Origin: Botryllus schlosseri
Lineage: Eukaryota
Direction of reading: 5' to 3'
Length of the DNA: 64,000 bases
Assembly: GCA_051294905.1 (NCBI GenBank)
Contig: CM119379.1
Coordinates: 18,290,001-18,354,000 of the forward strand
The translations under genes and the position numbers were made by a program. This document shows, one piece after another, positions 42,622 to 56,000 of the stretch. The notes below the pieces were generated by a model. It saw only the letters and a program-made list of their open reading frames with translations. It searched no databases and had not been told where the DNA came from. The first letter of the stretch is position 1, and each line of letters opens with the position of its first letter.

Positions 42622-45600
42622 ATGGTAAGATAAGGAGTAGTAACGTCTCTACGGCACTGTTATGTAACTATATACTCCTACCGGTACAGTGGCGTTGACT
42701 GCGTACCTGGGAGTATCGTCAGTATATTAACATGGTGTTTACTATTTGCTCAAGGCGTATGAGTCAGTAACTGAGTTTGCGCAAGCATTAAAATAGCGTT
42801 ACCGATTCCGTATGCTTCTTACACGGATACCATCTTGGACACGTTCTGAACGATAACCATCTGCATTTTACAACTTTTAGATTCCAAAAGAGGAGCTTTT
42901 TGATGACAGTTTGACGAATTTACAATGGTTGCAAAATCTCAACGTAAACATTGGCTGTCCGGTGCCGCCGATCCCATCCGGTGGCGTCGATTCCACTCGA
43001 ACGAATGGAGCTTGCCGGAGAATCCGGGGTAGCGGCGGTGTGCCGATTAACAGCAGACTGTCCAAACCGAAAAACTCGTCAAATAGTCCAAAAGACGCGA
43101 TTTGTAACAACGGCGAGCGGCGGAACGCTAAGTTGCAATCAAATTTATTGAACGGCAAATCAAAAGGACTGAAAAAACAGCCGCTTCCGCCTTTAATTCC
43201 ACAAAGTCGAACCCCTGTGCCAGGACAGTACCGATCACGGGTCGGTATGCCTAACAGGGACCCGCAGAAAGACTCCCTGCCGCGACTGAGCGGCAGCAAT
43301 GACAGCTTGAAGCTGAATACGAAACTCTGTGAAAACGCAATCATGCTGAACGCATCGCCTGAACTAGCCCTCCTGTCAGATGCCACGAACAATCAATACG
43401 TGCTGTCCCCCCGCCAAATGGACCTCGATTTGTTCCCGGGACAGGTGGACTACAAGAACAACCCTTACATAAAACCGCCTTATTCGCACCTGGCTTTGAT
43501 CTGCATGGCTTTGAGGCGAAGCAGGTCGGACAAAATGACAATTCAGAAAATCTGCGAGTGGATAAAGACCAACTTCAGCTACTACAGAGTGATCGGCTCT
43601 GATTGGCAGGTGCGATATTTTTACTCACCATATGCATGCATTTTACATCAATCTTGTTTCCAAGGGGTTTCTGTAAATAGTTATAATGAATCGGATACTG
43701 ACGTATGAGGTTGTCGGATACCTCCTGTTCGTTGAAATGTTAGCTGTCACATTGTTCATTTTGTTGGTCGTGTGTAGCCGCTGTCAACGATAAACTCTTA
43801 TCTCGTGAAAACAGTTTTATTCGCTATAAAATTTGACTATTAAACTAACAAAATAAATAGTCATTTCACCATGTAGTCAACCCTAAGAAGACCACAGAAA
43901 GCGGTTGTAACCAGTCGTTATTGCATGCCCAAGCACTTCCACGCCGCACAGGCAAGGCTAATTTTGCGCTGGTCTGAAATTGCGTCCCATAAACTCGATT
44001 CAACCCATTCATCGCTGCGGGAAACTGAGTTTAAGTTCTATAATCCCATTCTTTGCTTTTCATTCAAATTTTGTTCATCATTTCGCTAATAAAGTTTTCG
44101 CTGTCTCGCAACATCACAATATTCCGGCATTCTGTAAAAGACATGTAGGAAAGTGTATAACGACTAATTGCACTTAATTCGTGAGACGGTACCGGCCTCA
44201 GTGTTGTACAATATATCTAAAATATCAAAATTAGTCTCAAAACAGTCATACGCGGTCCACATCAAGCGAGGAAATACAGTGATGGTCACAAATACATATA
44301 TCAGCATTCTGGGAATATATTTTGTAATCGTTTAGTTCTAAAAGAATCCCGTAATAGCTTAACATAGGGTCATATCTATCACAATTTTAATGATCAGTTG
44401 AATGGTTTGCAAAGCCTTCCTCTGGAGGCAATCGTCAATGGATATATGGTCACCCGGCATCCCAAGCACCTGTATGGCTGTATACATAACTACAATAAAC
44501 TCTATTGTGCACCGGTGCCCACGTAATTCATACCTGTGTCATGATAAACTTCCGGTATGTGTAATGTAGCTCCCGGATTCGTTACTTTCTTTCGATTTAT
44601 CCGCAAGGATAACTCGCAAAGTCATAACGTCATATCTCGAATTGTCTTGATGTTTTGATTGGCTATTATGCGACGAGTTATAGCGTGTATGTGTTGTAAT
44701 CTTTTCTGATATTCATCTCGAGCCGCCGCTGCCACAAACATTCATTAATAGGAATTACGGCTATTGTCGCCAGGATATTTTTAGCGATCAAAGTCTTCCA
44801 CTGTATTATAGTCCGGCACTCCTGTTGGACTGTGGTCATTTGATCGTTCGCTCGGATTATTTTTTCCAGGGCAATCAAAGCAAGATTAGCATTGCCCTCC
44901 ATTATTTGTCTTTCGTGCTATTGCAAGTATGGCGTTTCGATTTAAAAATGAATGGTACTGTGATGAAATTTGCAATATTTAAGGTTCACCACATAATATT
45001 ACTGTTGTGACGAAGTTTGGAATCCAAAACAGCGATTTTTATGCGCGTATTTCGACTATCAAATTGTCTGTATTCTACCCTTTCGCTAGCCAGGTGGATA
45101 TAGGAGGTTCTTTGATTGTACCAGTACATCTGCCTTCAACACCGCAACCTAATGCGCATTTAGCTTCTGGTATACTCCTCTGATCCCCTGTAAAAACGTG
45201 TTGGCTGGCGCGCTTATACCTTTACCGTAATCATCCTGTGTAAACACGCAGTATATTATGTCTATATATAGTCGACGGCTTGTCAAATAATTTTATAAAA
45301 CAAGTACCAATGGTATGAATAGTTAGGACTCGACGCATGGGGTAACCGCAACGTTTGTCGGAACTTGGAAGCAAAAGGCCCAACCTCATCGTTGAGCACT
45401 TTCGGTAATATATTAATCTGTGTCAGCGAAGGAATGCGTCATCATCACATCCCAATTGGAATAATGTTCTTAATTGAGTGGAATTTTACAGGAATGTAGC
45501 CTTCGAAATGTGACGGCTATTTATATAGAGTAGGTTACGCGATGTCGAATCAGCTTATAAGACAAGATATAGTTGGGACGATTTTAAACGTTTGCGCCAT

Positions 45601-48600
45601 TGGCACTGTCGTCACGGCAGGCTTCTTCGCCCCGTAAGTGCGCGGCTTAAAACGACCGCCGACTTTACGGGACGCGCCTTCAGAAATACAATTCACTGGT
45701 CTGTATTTGACCTCTAAACAAACATTCGCGTCAAAGTAGGCTATTATTCCTTGCGACTTCGCGAATCGAATTTTTATAGGCCTTTATTGAAGTTAGTTGT
45801 TGAACGCTGTTCCTGCCGCTTTATCTACGGTTTTACGGCGTGCCCCGCGTGCGTGCAAGATTTCGGATGAATTCCACTTTCTCCCAAATCCGATCCAATT
45901 TCTTGTTAAGCTGAACCAACACTCTAATCACGACCAGTCGACTATGTAGAACGCATGCGCCTTATACTTCATATCTGTATTTGCGATTCTTATGCGAACC
46001 TGGTAGTGTGACTATTGGCCAGGGTAGGTATGATTTTTCAGATGATCAGTAACGAAGTACTTCTACTTAGTCTATTTCCATTTCCACTTGATCAGTTTTA
46101 AGGCAAAACTACTTGCTTTCTACAATTTTGACTTCCAAAATTATAAAGTAGTTTTGTCTTAAGTTTTGATCACTTACCACGCGAAATAGCCCGTGTATAT
46201 GTATAAGCATATGTCTGAAGATTGTATGTATTTCTAGTGTCGTGTTATTCGTTTTGCATTCGTCACTAAAATACATTTGCCATTCCGGAGTAGTCACCTT
46301 CGATCAACTGCTAAAATTAGACCACCATACGACCAAATCTACTTTTTCAAACTACCTTGAAGTAGTTTTGAGTGTTTCGGAAATAGCTGCAGCCTGCAGG
46401 TCTATAAATTTACGGCGTTACTCCTAGACTTGAGTAGCAACGCTGACTACTTTGACCATATTTGTGGTTTTGTAGAAATACAGTCGACACCGGTATACCC
46501 TTGTCCCTTTTAAGCTGGTTTCGTATATTGGTGTCCGGCCTGCTGCATATGTCCGAATGCTATTGTGAAATTAGATCTCTATACTTGTACAAACGGTATG
46601 TAACTCCTCAGCACGGGGTGCTAGCTGCGGACGTATCGAGTTGCAATACATAATTGTAAATGGCGTAATATGTCCTGGGCGGAATGCGATGCTGACCGGC
46701 GTGGTAGGGCGAAAGTGTCGGGTTGCAAGCTGTCTTTTGTGCCCTGCGCCATTGATAACAATGCAAGAATATGTTCTGCTACGTAAACCGGCGAAATCCC
46801 GTACCGAGACACCTTCGCATTCAGCCGCGAGAGCCATGAGGATGCTCACAACAATTGGCCGTTCTTACCGTGAAATGGATCCGTTGGAATTGTGAAGCCT
46901 CATCCTTGTAACATCAGCCTCGGTTATGCGATACCTTCACCCGTAAAGGGCACATTGTTCGGATTTGAAAAAAAGCCATCGGTATTGCGGATGGGGCCTG
47001 CGGCTTTAAATTGGAGCGAATCATAATCCATGAAAGGCGATTGCGCACAATGAAATCGGTCGGAAACAACTCGATGTCTGTAACAATTGTTCATTGTGTT
47101 GCGTGCGTCCATGAAGCTTGTCCCGTTTGTTTTGCTCGACCATCTTGAATTCCACGAGAGCCACTTGAAGCGCTGTGAGAGAGTTAACCGTTGGGTTTAC
47201 CAATAAAATAATACAGGCCACAATATCTGTACGCAGATGTGGGATTAATGCGTTTGCTCGCGAAAGCCGCTACACTTTGTAGCGACCGTTGTAACATTGT
47301 TGTATTATTAGCTTAATACCCATGCTTCGTGACTGTTTTCCGGCCTACTCAATAAGCTCAAGCCATGCTAGCCTGTTCCTAGTGTGTCATGGTTGCAATA
47401 CATCGATAACACTGTCAGATGGTCGGTAACGAATACTTTTACATAACCTGAAATCGCTATTTCTACTTGTACTTGAGTATATATTAGTGACGTTTCTTCT
47501 AGTTCAATTTGAATATCAAAAGCGACTTCTTTGACCATCTCTGTTCATAATACTGTCCCACAGAGTCGTTTTTAAACGTGTGACGAAAATGAAAAGCATA
47601 CTTTGTGAAATTATGGCAACGGGTTTTGCTGTAATCGATTCCCGGAAGATATCGCTGTTATTTCAGCGAAATCGGACTGAGAACACGGATATGTCCGTAA
47701 ATCCTAATTGTTGGGTTAGCGTTCGATTATACTGCACAGGGCTTTCTAGGATAGCTAAGCGCGTCATTATCGACGGGGCCGCATTCGTTTGAATAGCCCA
47801 TTGTGAACTCACAACAAAAGGTTTCAACACTTCTTATCAGCTGCGCTTACGCGGACAGTGTAGTTCCAGAACAAATCAAATTTGCCAGCTTATCGGGCGA
47901 TGCTTCGCTGAAAATGTTCCCTAATCGCTAAGCAAGGAACATAAAATGTCCGGATTGTCCGTCTTGTTAACACATTAACCCATGCGACATCATCTTAACA
48001 CCATTACTAGTTCTAGAAAATGTGTTCTCGCCAGTGTTTACCGAGGCTTCGGTGAGGTAATAAAGGTTATCAGTCGCCCGTATTGTTGCGGTTGGCAGAA
48101 GCGCTGACCGAAGCCAGCGCGATTTATGACGTTGGGTGTTGGTTTGGCGCAGACAAAAGAAGGGTTTGGTTTAACGCCGATTCCATCCCTCCGTGTATTG
48201 CTTCGTAGGCCAGACGGGACATGTCGCGATGAATGACACTAAAACACACAAACCTTACCTCTTTATTCCAATTAATTACAATAACAAATATTCCCTTGAT
48301 AAACAAAGGCGCAGCGTCGTCGCAATTTCGATTTCTGAACTGGGATTGCTAAGGACCGTTCAGAAGCCAGATTTAACGTGAGAGATATGATGTGCGCATG
48401 AGACAAATTACTAAATCATGTGTTGCTCGCGTTATTGCATGTTTACGGGTTTGTATACTGTATAAGTTACAGTCGCGATTCGTACACCATGTGGTTAGGA
48501 CACTATTCCCGGAATATTCACCATTACAGTTATCCATATCAGTTTGATTCCACAAACTTATGTTATAGCGCGTTATTATATTAGCCCTGTTTTAAAGCAT

Positions 48601-51028
48601 TGGAGATATTATCGTGCGGCTCAAATGCTCGATTTCGTTTATTGCTACTCGTTGTATTTACGGATCGTGACAAATAGCGTCCGTAATAAGCAAAGGGCTA
48701 GGCATAGATTGATAGAATCACGCTGATACTAAAATAGGTTGTAAAGCAACTTATCCGGCAGCCTGTTTGTGTAAGTCGTTGGGAAATCCGCACAGTAGCC
48801 GACACCAGCCCATTCTCTTACAGAACTCAGTCCGCGACAACCTGGCGCGTCACAAATGCTTCGAACGGGTCGGGAGAAGTGCCGGAAAGGCCGCTTTTTG
48901 GCGGATTCACCCGAAATACGAGGAAAAGCTGTCGGAAGACGTGCTTCGGAAACGGCGACTCGCGTCCGCCGGCGAAGACAAGGGACAGCCTTCCACGGTC
49001 GCAGGTACGGTAACTCGATAGACTTGGGCCCGATATGAATAATAAACTCATATCTATTTGAACAATTTTTGGCGAAACCACTTACTTTTCCCAATTTGGA
49101 TTTGAAAAAGTGGAAAGCAGTTTGGGGATTACTTTGCATCAATTTTATGACTAAAACTGTCGTAACAACTAGTCGAAATAGTCCCACTCCTGTAACGGTA
49201 GGGTTACCACATTTCAAGATTCGAAAAAGACGAAAAAATATAACTGGTTATTTAAAAAAATTTCGACCAATAGTACTGTGTTGACTAAAAAAAGGTCATC
49301 TTTCACATATCAACTCCCAAAATACCAGTCAAATTCCAAGAAAAGGGGACATTTAGTCGTCCTCCGGGGACACTTCCAATTTAATGAAAAATGAGGACAT
49401 ATGGTAACCCTAGGTAACGGACTATATTACGTTTGCAGTGTCATCAGTTATTTTGTATTACTCTCCAAGGTACATGTTGCATTTTTGAAATTTGCCGCCC
49501 CGATTAGGCCTACCCGCCAAAAGCATGCGACATCCGGCCTAATCTACTTTATGAAACTGAGTAGTTGAGTACTTTTCAGCCCTTTCATACTTACACTTGA
49601 AGTAGGTTACTTTTGACATGTCTCGGATTCGCTACTTCTGCTTGTAATTGAGTTGAAATTTACGACGTTAACTGTTCTGCTACGCGAGCAGCAGCGGTCA
49701 CTGCTTGGACCACCTCTGTTCATCAGCATTGCATTACTGTCGAGGCTAATTTACAAATCCATATTGTTTGAACAATTGAATTCCACTCTTGATTTGATCT
49801 CAATTTCTCGTTTCATCCCTTGAGATAACATGACGAACCTTTTCCAGACAAGTCCTCCGCCCGTACGTGCAGTCCCGCCATCGAGCCCGTCAGCGACTAC
49901 GACTTCCTGCGCCCGGAAGACTTCGACCCGGACGACGACTTTCTCGACAACGAAAAGTTCACGAACGCCAAGAAAACCTCGTCCGCCGGCAGCTCGTCTT
50001 CCAACAACGGCTCGGCCGGTCAAAAACGCAAACAGGCCACCCCACACCGCAGGCCAGGCAACAAAAAAAGCAAGCGAGTCGTGAACCACCCGTCTCACCG
50101 CGCGCCCAATCCGAACCCCCTAGCCGACCAGGCGCCGGAACTGGGCTCACTAAAGGGCGAGTTTAACTTCGTGAACATCTTAGAAGATCTGCGAGTCCAC
50201 GGCAGCTTAGGCGGAAGTTCTGTGAACTCGTCTTTGTCCTTACCTGCTACCCCAGTGTTAGCGCCTAACAGGAACAGACACCTAAACCCACACCAGGCCA
50301 GCAATCCGGGGGTATCCGCTCCTGTGACCTCATCATTGGCCTCCGCAAGTGAGAGCATGCTCACAGACGTGATGCTGCCCATAGACCCGAGCCTCATGAT
50401 AAACAGAAGTAGCGGTGGAGCTATCATACCGGAGCTGTGCGGAGAGAATTTACCTCCGGAGTTGGACGCGGAAAACCGGGACATTCTAGAAGAGTTTCTG
50501 AACGCGGACAAGCTGACTAGGTCTTCCCTCGAATCACTGGGGCGGCGGCGTGGCGCTAGCTTGAACACCCCCACTTTCGAGCTTGAGACTAACGAGGAGG
50601 AGATATCCAAAAGCGTGGAAGCTTTGGACCTCACAGTGCGCGGGAACAAGATCGAAAAGCCGGCGCATTGGAACCCGGAAGACTCCCTGGATTTGTTACT
50701 GGGCGAGCAGGTAGACCACGTGACTTTAGACGAAAATGATCTGGGCGTGGGTGCGCTTGATTTTCTGGAACACTGGGGTATTCAAGATGGGGTCGCGGAC
50801 GAGAATTCGCCTCGTGGTAGTAAGAAAAGCGGCCGGAGGCGACCTGGTTCGGGATCTTCAAACCGCGCGTCTCCGAGACAGTACACGCCCACGAATCATC
50901 TCTCCCTGACCCCGCAGCTTCAAAATCAGTTGAGGAACAGTTCACTGTCGTCCTCGTCCGGATTGTGGCAAGAGGCGAGGTTTGCGGCCGATACGATACA
51001 GTCGATTCTGGGCGACGATTTCGAATGA
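42622..51028 (+). CDS. FOXJ1: Forkhead box J1-like transcription factor (~697 aa) with a divergent recognition helix
   Basis: Exons: 42622-42624 (ATG only, tentative), 42881-43609, 48824-49004, 49848-51028; total 2094 nt, in frame. FoxJ1 hallmarks: DDSLTNLQWL, DYKNNPYIKPPYS, KRKQ, DLTVRG. Forkhead domain ...WQ|NSVRDNLARHKCF...GKAAFWRI. Confidence 0.82.
49199..49412. mobile_element. Short hAT-type MITE (TAGGGTTACC family) in a FoxJ1 intron
   Basis: TIR tagggttacca...tggtaacccta; 8-bp TSD tgtaacgg/ggtaacgg (7/8). Confidence 0.8.
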
Positions 51029-51600
51029 GGCCTTTTCGGCGTTTGCACTTTCACTTCCATTGGTCCGCGTGTTTTTACTCTTGGACTACTTTTCACTCTT
51101 CAAGTATCTTCACTGTAAATGCCTTTTATTTTCTATACGTATATACATCTTGCGCTGTTTTTACCGCACTTCTTCAGGCGTCTCTTTTTTTTATCCCGAT
51201 AATGTAGGTTTCGTAATGTCTCGAATCACGCTTTTTTTGTAAATATTTAGGTAGCGCCAGCACAGCTTCTAGTGTTTGCTTCACAGATTTGCATGGCACA
51301 AGTGCCAGTCGCTACTGTATCTGGCACTATCATTGCCGCGGGAGGTGGCTTATTCCTCATTGTGGTCTAGTGAACGGACGGTCGTTCACGGTGTATTTAT
51401 GTGTAGGTGTACTAGTGTTGATGGTAATTTATTTATGGATTGTATTTCGCTTTGCTCTCTTTTTTACGCGTACTTTTGCAGAAAGATTCCCCATATTTCC
51501 CCGTTTAGCCCTCTATGGAACGTACTCTTCTTAACGCTGTGGATGAAAACATGTGCATTGTGATCCGACTAAGTATTTGTATTATTTCTAATGTATTTTC

Positions 51601-51606
51601 AATAAA
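51601..51606 (+). terminator. Candidate polyadenylation signal of the FoxJ1-like gene
   Basis: aataaa ~570 bp after the stop, at the end of a U-rich 3' UTR-like tract. Confidence 0.5.
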
Positions 51607-52429
51607 TCTATTCCTCCGATGGCTGGGGTCGGTTCGTCGGTGGCTTGTGGGTCAATTAGCGACGTTCAGCGTGGTATGAATTGATCGATTAACGCTCATA
51701 ATGTTAAATGAGAAAGGCGAATTCTGCTTTATTGGATAGATTGAGTCGAAGAACATAGGCAGATCGGAATCGTTAAACCTTACTTGACGTTGGGGATGAT
51801 TGGTTGTTCGTCGCGTTGATATTACGTCTATATCAGGAAACAATTTCCGGTTGGTGAACTTGAAGTTATAATTCATGTCACTATCAATCAACTCAGTCGG
51901 TAACTTCATTACGAGGAGATTAATCAAATTACAGAAGTTCAATCTCACCTGCATGCACGATGGCACAATGGCACTTTTTTACACGACTAAATCGGAAAGC
52001 GTGATGGGCGACTGTATGGTGCCCTCTTTCATCGCAGACAGCCGCTTGATGCGTCGAATAGTTGTATTGTAACGACGGGGTCGGTTAAATTTGAGTCTTC
52101 ATGGCGTATTGCTGATTTTTTAACCATATGAATTTCTACGCAATATAAGTCTCAAAATTTCAAAAATTCTGGCTCTACAGTAGCACATAATGTAAACGAA
52201 ATAGGTGTAAGCTGGATGTGCTTTATACCCACGGGGTTGTTTCTGTAACAGCCCATTTTTTAAGCGAAGTGACTGCTGCCCCGTACAGAAGTAGGCAACC
52301 TGTGAGTGTGTGTGTGTAGGGCTACCGGTGACTGTAGCCTATAATGCCTTCGGAAACTACAGCTCTTCGTTACTAGGTAGTGAGGTACTCCGGGGTCTAC
52401 CCAGGATTATAAAGGCTTTGAGTCATGAC

Positions 52430-52936
52430 TAGGGCTGGACAAAATGATTCTAGTACTCGAATCTGAATCGAGTATTACTTCTAATGATGAGAGTCGAGTG
52501 GTAAAAAACGGATTTTTCGAGGAATGAAATTATAGGCTCCTCACCATTGAAAGTTTATTTATTAGCGAGAGTTATAATTTCGATGCTATTTTCCACTGTG
52601 GAAGCCTTGAAACCTAGACTGGCCGAATCGCAGCATACGAAACATATTGTACAAAGCTACGCACGTTAGTGGAAATAACACATTTCCGAAGTCATGATTA
52701 TCCCACAATGTTGTCACGAAGTGCAATGAAATCGGCAGTGTCAAAAAAATACCAAAGTATCTGTGATGGATAACAGGCATCGTATTCTTTGTGGTGGCAT
52801 AAATGGTAAATATTTGAATTTTGACATATTCCATTCTGTTATGAAGTCATAATGCGTGACACTCGAATGCTCGATTCGAAGCATATTACGTGATTCAGAA
52901 TCGAATCACTCAGTTACTCGATTTTTTCCAGCCCCA
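52430..52936. mobile_element. Degenerate MITE (tagggctgga...tccagcccca)
   Basis: Inverted ends with subterminal actcga/tcgaatc motifs; degenerate 8-bp TSD gtcatgac/gtgattac (6/8). Confidence 0.5.
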
Positions 52937-53073
52937 GTGATTACTCGACTCGATGAGTCACGATTTTGTGGAATAGGGCCCGTCCATGAAGGTCTGAAAC
53001 CACTGTTCTATGCAACTCTATAGCGTCATTTAGCGGTTGATATATCCGTCAATGGCAACACGACACCGGCGTC

Positions 53074-56000
53074 ATGGCAAGTAAGGTTGTTGTTTATTGA
53101 AAGAAAAATTTGGCGGATATCACCTTTTGGTCTTTTGCACCACGGTCAATAATGGCGAACGGAATGGAGAGAATACATAATGTTCTGAGAGGAAAATACG
53201 GTAAATAATGGCGTAAAACGGCATTTCAGCACCGCGAAAAAATATCAAGGCTAAAAAAGGGAAAATTTCAGCACGGCTGGAAAATAAAGCAGTCACGGCT
53301 ATTCACAAATGATGGTAACAGGATTACACGAATTTAATGGAAATGGGGCATCTTTTTCATCCGTGAGGAGACTTCTAAGGCAAAAATTTGGCAAGTAAGG
53401 TGATAGCCTTCTGAAAATACCATCTGGACGTCAACTGCTCGAATATCTTTCACCGAATTTTCTATCATAATTTTTGCAATAACTTTAAAATGTGGATTGC
53501 ACGTAGAATTGTAGAGACTAGCAATGGCACCGTTAATGTCGTTGAATTTTCGAGTCCTTTAAGAGAATTATTTGCGTTCTCAGTTCACAGACATCGACTA
53601 CTGCATAAGTAATAATTAGCCTATATTCATGATTTCGATTTGAAATAAATCCCGGGGAAATCAGCTCACGCAAACATAACTGATTGCAACTCCTACAGCA
53701 GGCTTCTTGTTTGACTGCGATCACGATTGCAGCCAGTAATTTATTGTAAACATGCATTTCAAGTGTATATTTGTTGCGACGATTTTCATTGTCTCAATAT
53801 TTGCTCTATTAGCGGAGGTATAGGCTAAGTGCACATCTGCTGATACGATCAATCGCTCTATCAACCACACAGCCACGCGAAACTGCATGTGCTTGTGTAC
53901 TACGAGGATAGATTTTACGGGATTACAATCGTTCAATATGTCACTTACAAGCTTGAAGGTATTCCAAGTTATCAAGATGCTAGAGATGCAATTCAATACT
54001 TTTTGATTCTACAGGTCCTTTTGTGGGTCGTCGTAGTGACAGACTTCGTAAACAGCTCGCCCCTTGACGACTACGTCCAACATGACGATGGCTTTTTCAA
54101 CTATGAGATACTTAGGGACCAAACGTACGTCTCCCCGGAAGTAACAACATACGTGCTGAATATGACTTCGCAGAAATGGTTAACTGGTAGGCTCCTCATA
54201 TTGCGTACAAAATGTTTGACATATCCATAATATATGTACCAGTACCGTATTATGAATAACCGTATGGCATTTCACATTATACCAAGAGCAAGAGCTATGA
54301 CTTCTTGTCTTATCTGTCTAATCTACAATGAAATCCGAAATATTTAACGCCGACAGAGAAGGAAGTGTCAAGATCGATATGGTGGCATTATTTGGTGATT
54401 CATGTTCCGAATGAGATCGACCCAGATTTGAAAAAATCTGCATTTTTGTTCGTCGATGGGGATGAAAACAAACCCGAGCCTCCGAAACCCGACGATATAT
54501 TTGTGGAGCTATTCAGACTCGTTGCAGTATCGGCAAAAACGTGAGAACATATATTTCCTGCTTCGTGGTATGCTTCGCGAATTTGTTGGTATATTTGAGA
54601 AGGTTTATTCTAATTGATAAAACCGATATAATTGAGCATCGTACCAAACACGGCAATCTATTATATATGCTGAGATGAAATATGGTTTTGTTGCGTTTGT
54701 GTTATTCGACTGTACCGCAGCAAATAGCGAAAATACTTGCTCAATGTGCATGATATAGGAAGCATCAATGCCGTATCCGTATGCTTTACACATCCCGCTC
54801 TCTAGTGATCAAAACTATTTTTAGGGTTACGGCGGTGTTAAAGAATATTCCAAATAATCGGATTGTATTCGCAGCCGATCCGGAACACAAAGCTCTTTCT
54901 GATATGGACATTCTGGCGTTTGGTTGGAAGTAAGTTATTAGCACACTGTCAGCAAGAGAAGCATGTAAAATTCTAGTCATAGGCTACATAGCCTATATTT
55001 AATAACCCTGTGATACAGAATTTGAATGTTGCAACGAACAATGCATTCATATCGATATATTTATTCATATAAACTCTTTTCAACTGAATCTCATCGGGAG
55101 CGACCATCATTAAATGCATATAGCCTAAACCCTTAGCGAAAAGAGTGTGCATTCACACCCAATTTGTGGTATACGAAAACAGCACCTAACTTAGAATTAT
55201 ATCGCGGTTATAAATCCGTCGTGCCTAAGTCCATGCGTACAAGCGTCTTTTGGATTAAAATTTTGTGTTTGAATTGTACCGTGGTGTAAGTCTGAGGCAG
55301 GTCTTGTCTGGTATACTCGGGGGTGCATATTCACACCTATATATCACGGGTGGTACACGGGTGTCAATACACACTCTTTTACTGTATATCCAACTATTTG
55401 TACTATTGTACTATTTCGGATGGTTTGCAGATTTTTAATTGATTTCATTCGCTGCTAGATTGTTCATCGAGAATCCAAATAAAACGGAATACATTCCGCT
55501 GCTTCCAATGGCGAAATCTGGAGTAAAAGCGATGGATGCAGTTACCGGTTTTGCAAGCAAGTTTCTGGATTTGGAGATCAATGATTTCTGTGTATCTGGC
55601 GCATCAAAAGTAAATATTATGCAGGACTTTCGACTATGACTCTGCGCATGTACTGTACCTTCAGACGGTGACGCTAAAGTTATTTTCTACAGCGCGGTTG
55701 GGCAGCCTGGTTGACGGTGGCAGCAGAGTACAAAAATCGGGTAAAATGCTTGACACCTGTTGTCTATGACTACTTGAATATGAATAAGGTGAGACGGTTG
55801 AATAATTGTATTTGATGGTGTAAGGCTTTACAAATCACTGCGTTTGAAAATACGCAGAATTTCCACCACCATTATCGGGCATACGGCGGTTGGTCATTTG
55901 CAATGAACAGCTTTTGGAAGTACAATCTAACAGGAAGGCTGGATGACGAAGAAACGTTAAGAATGATGGAAATCGTTGACCCGCTGAGTAGGTATTTTGC

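Noticed and set aside
44480-44580. Minus-strand LHIPEVYHDTGMNYVGTG, faintly like the HLPG.N..GPGT motif of parvoviral/adintoviral PLA2 domains
   Set aside because: Too short, followed immediately by stops, and the catalytic HD..Y motif is absent. Worth revisiting only if the PolB remnant is confirmed.
42877-50649. Minus-strand ORFs 42877-43392 and 50095-50649
   Set aside because: Antisense shadows of the GC-rich FoxJ1 exons.
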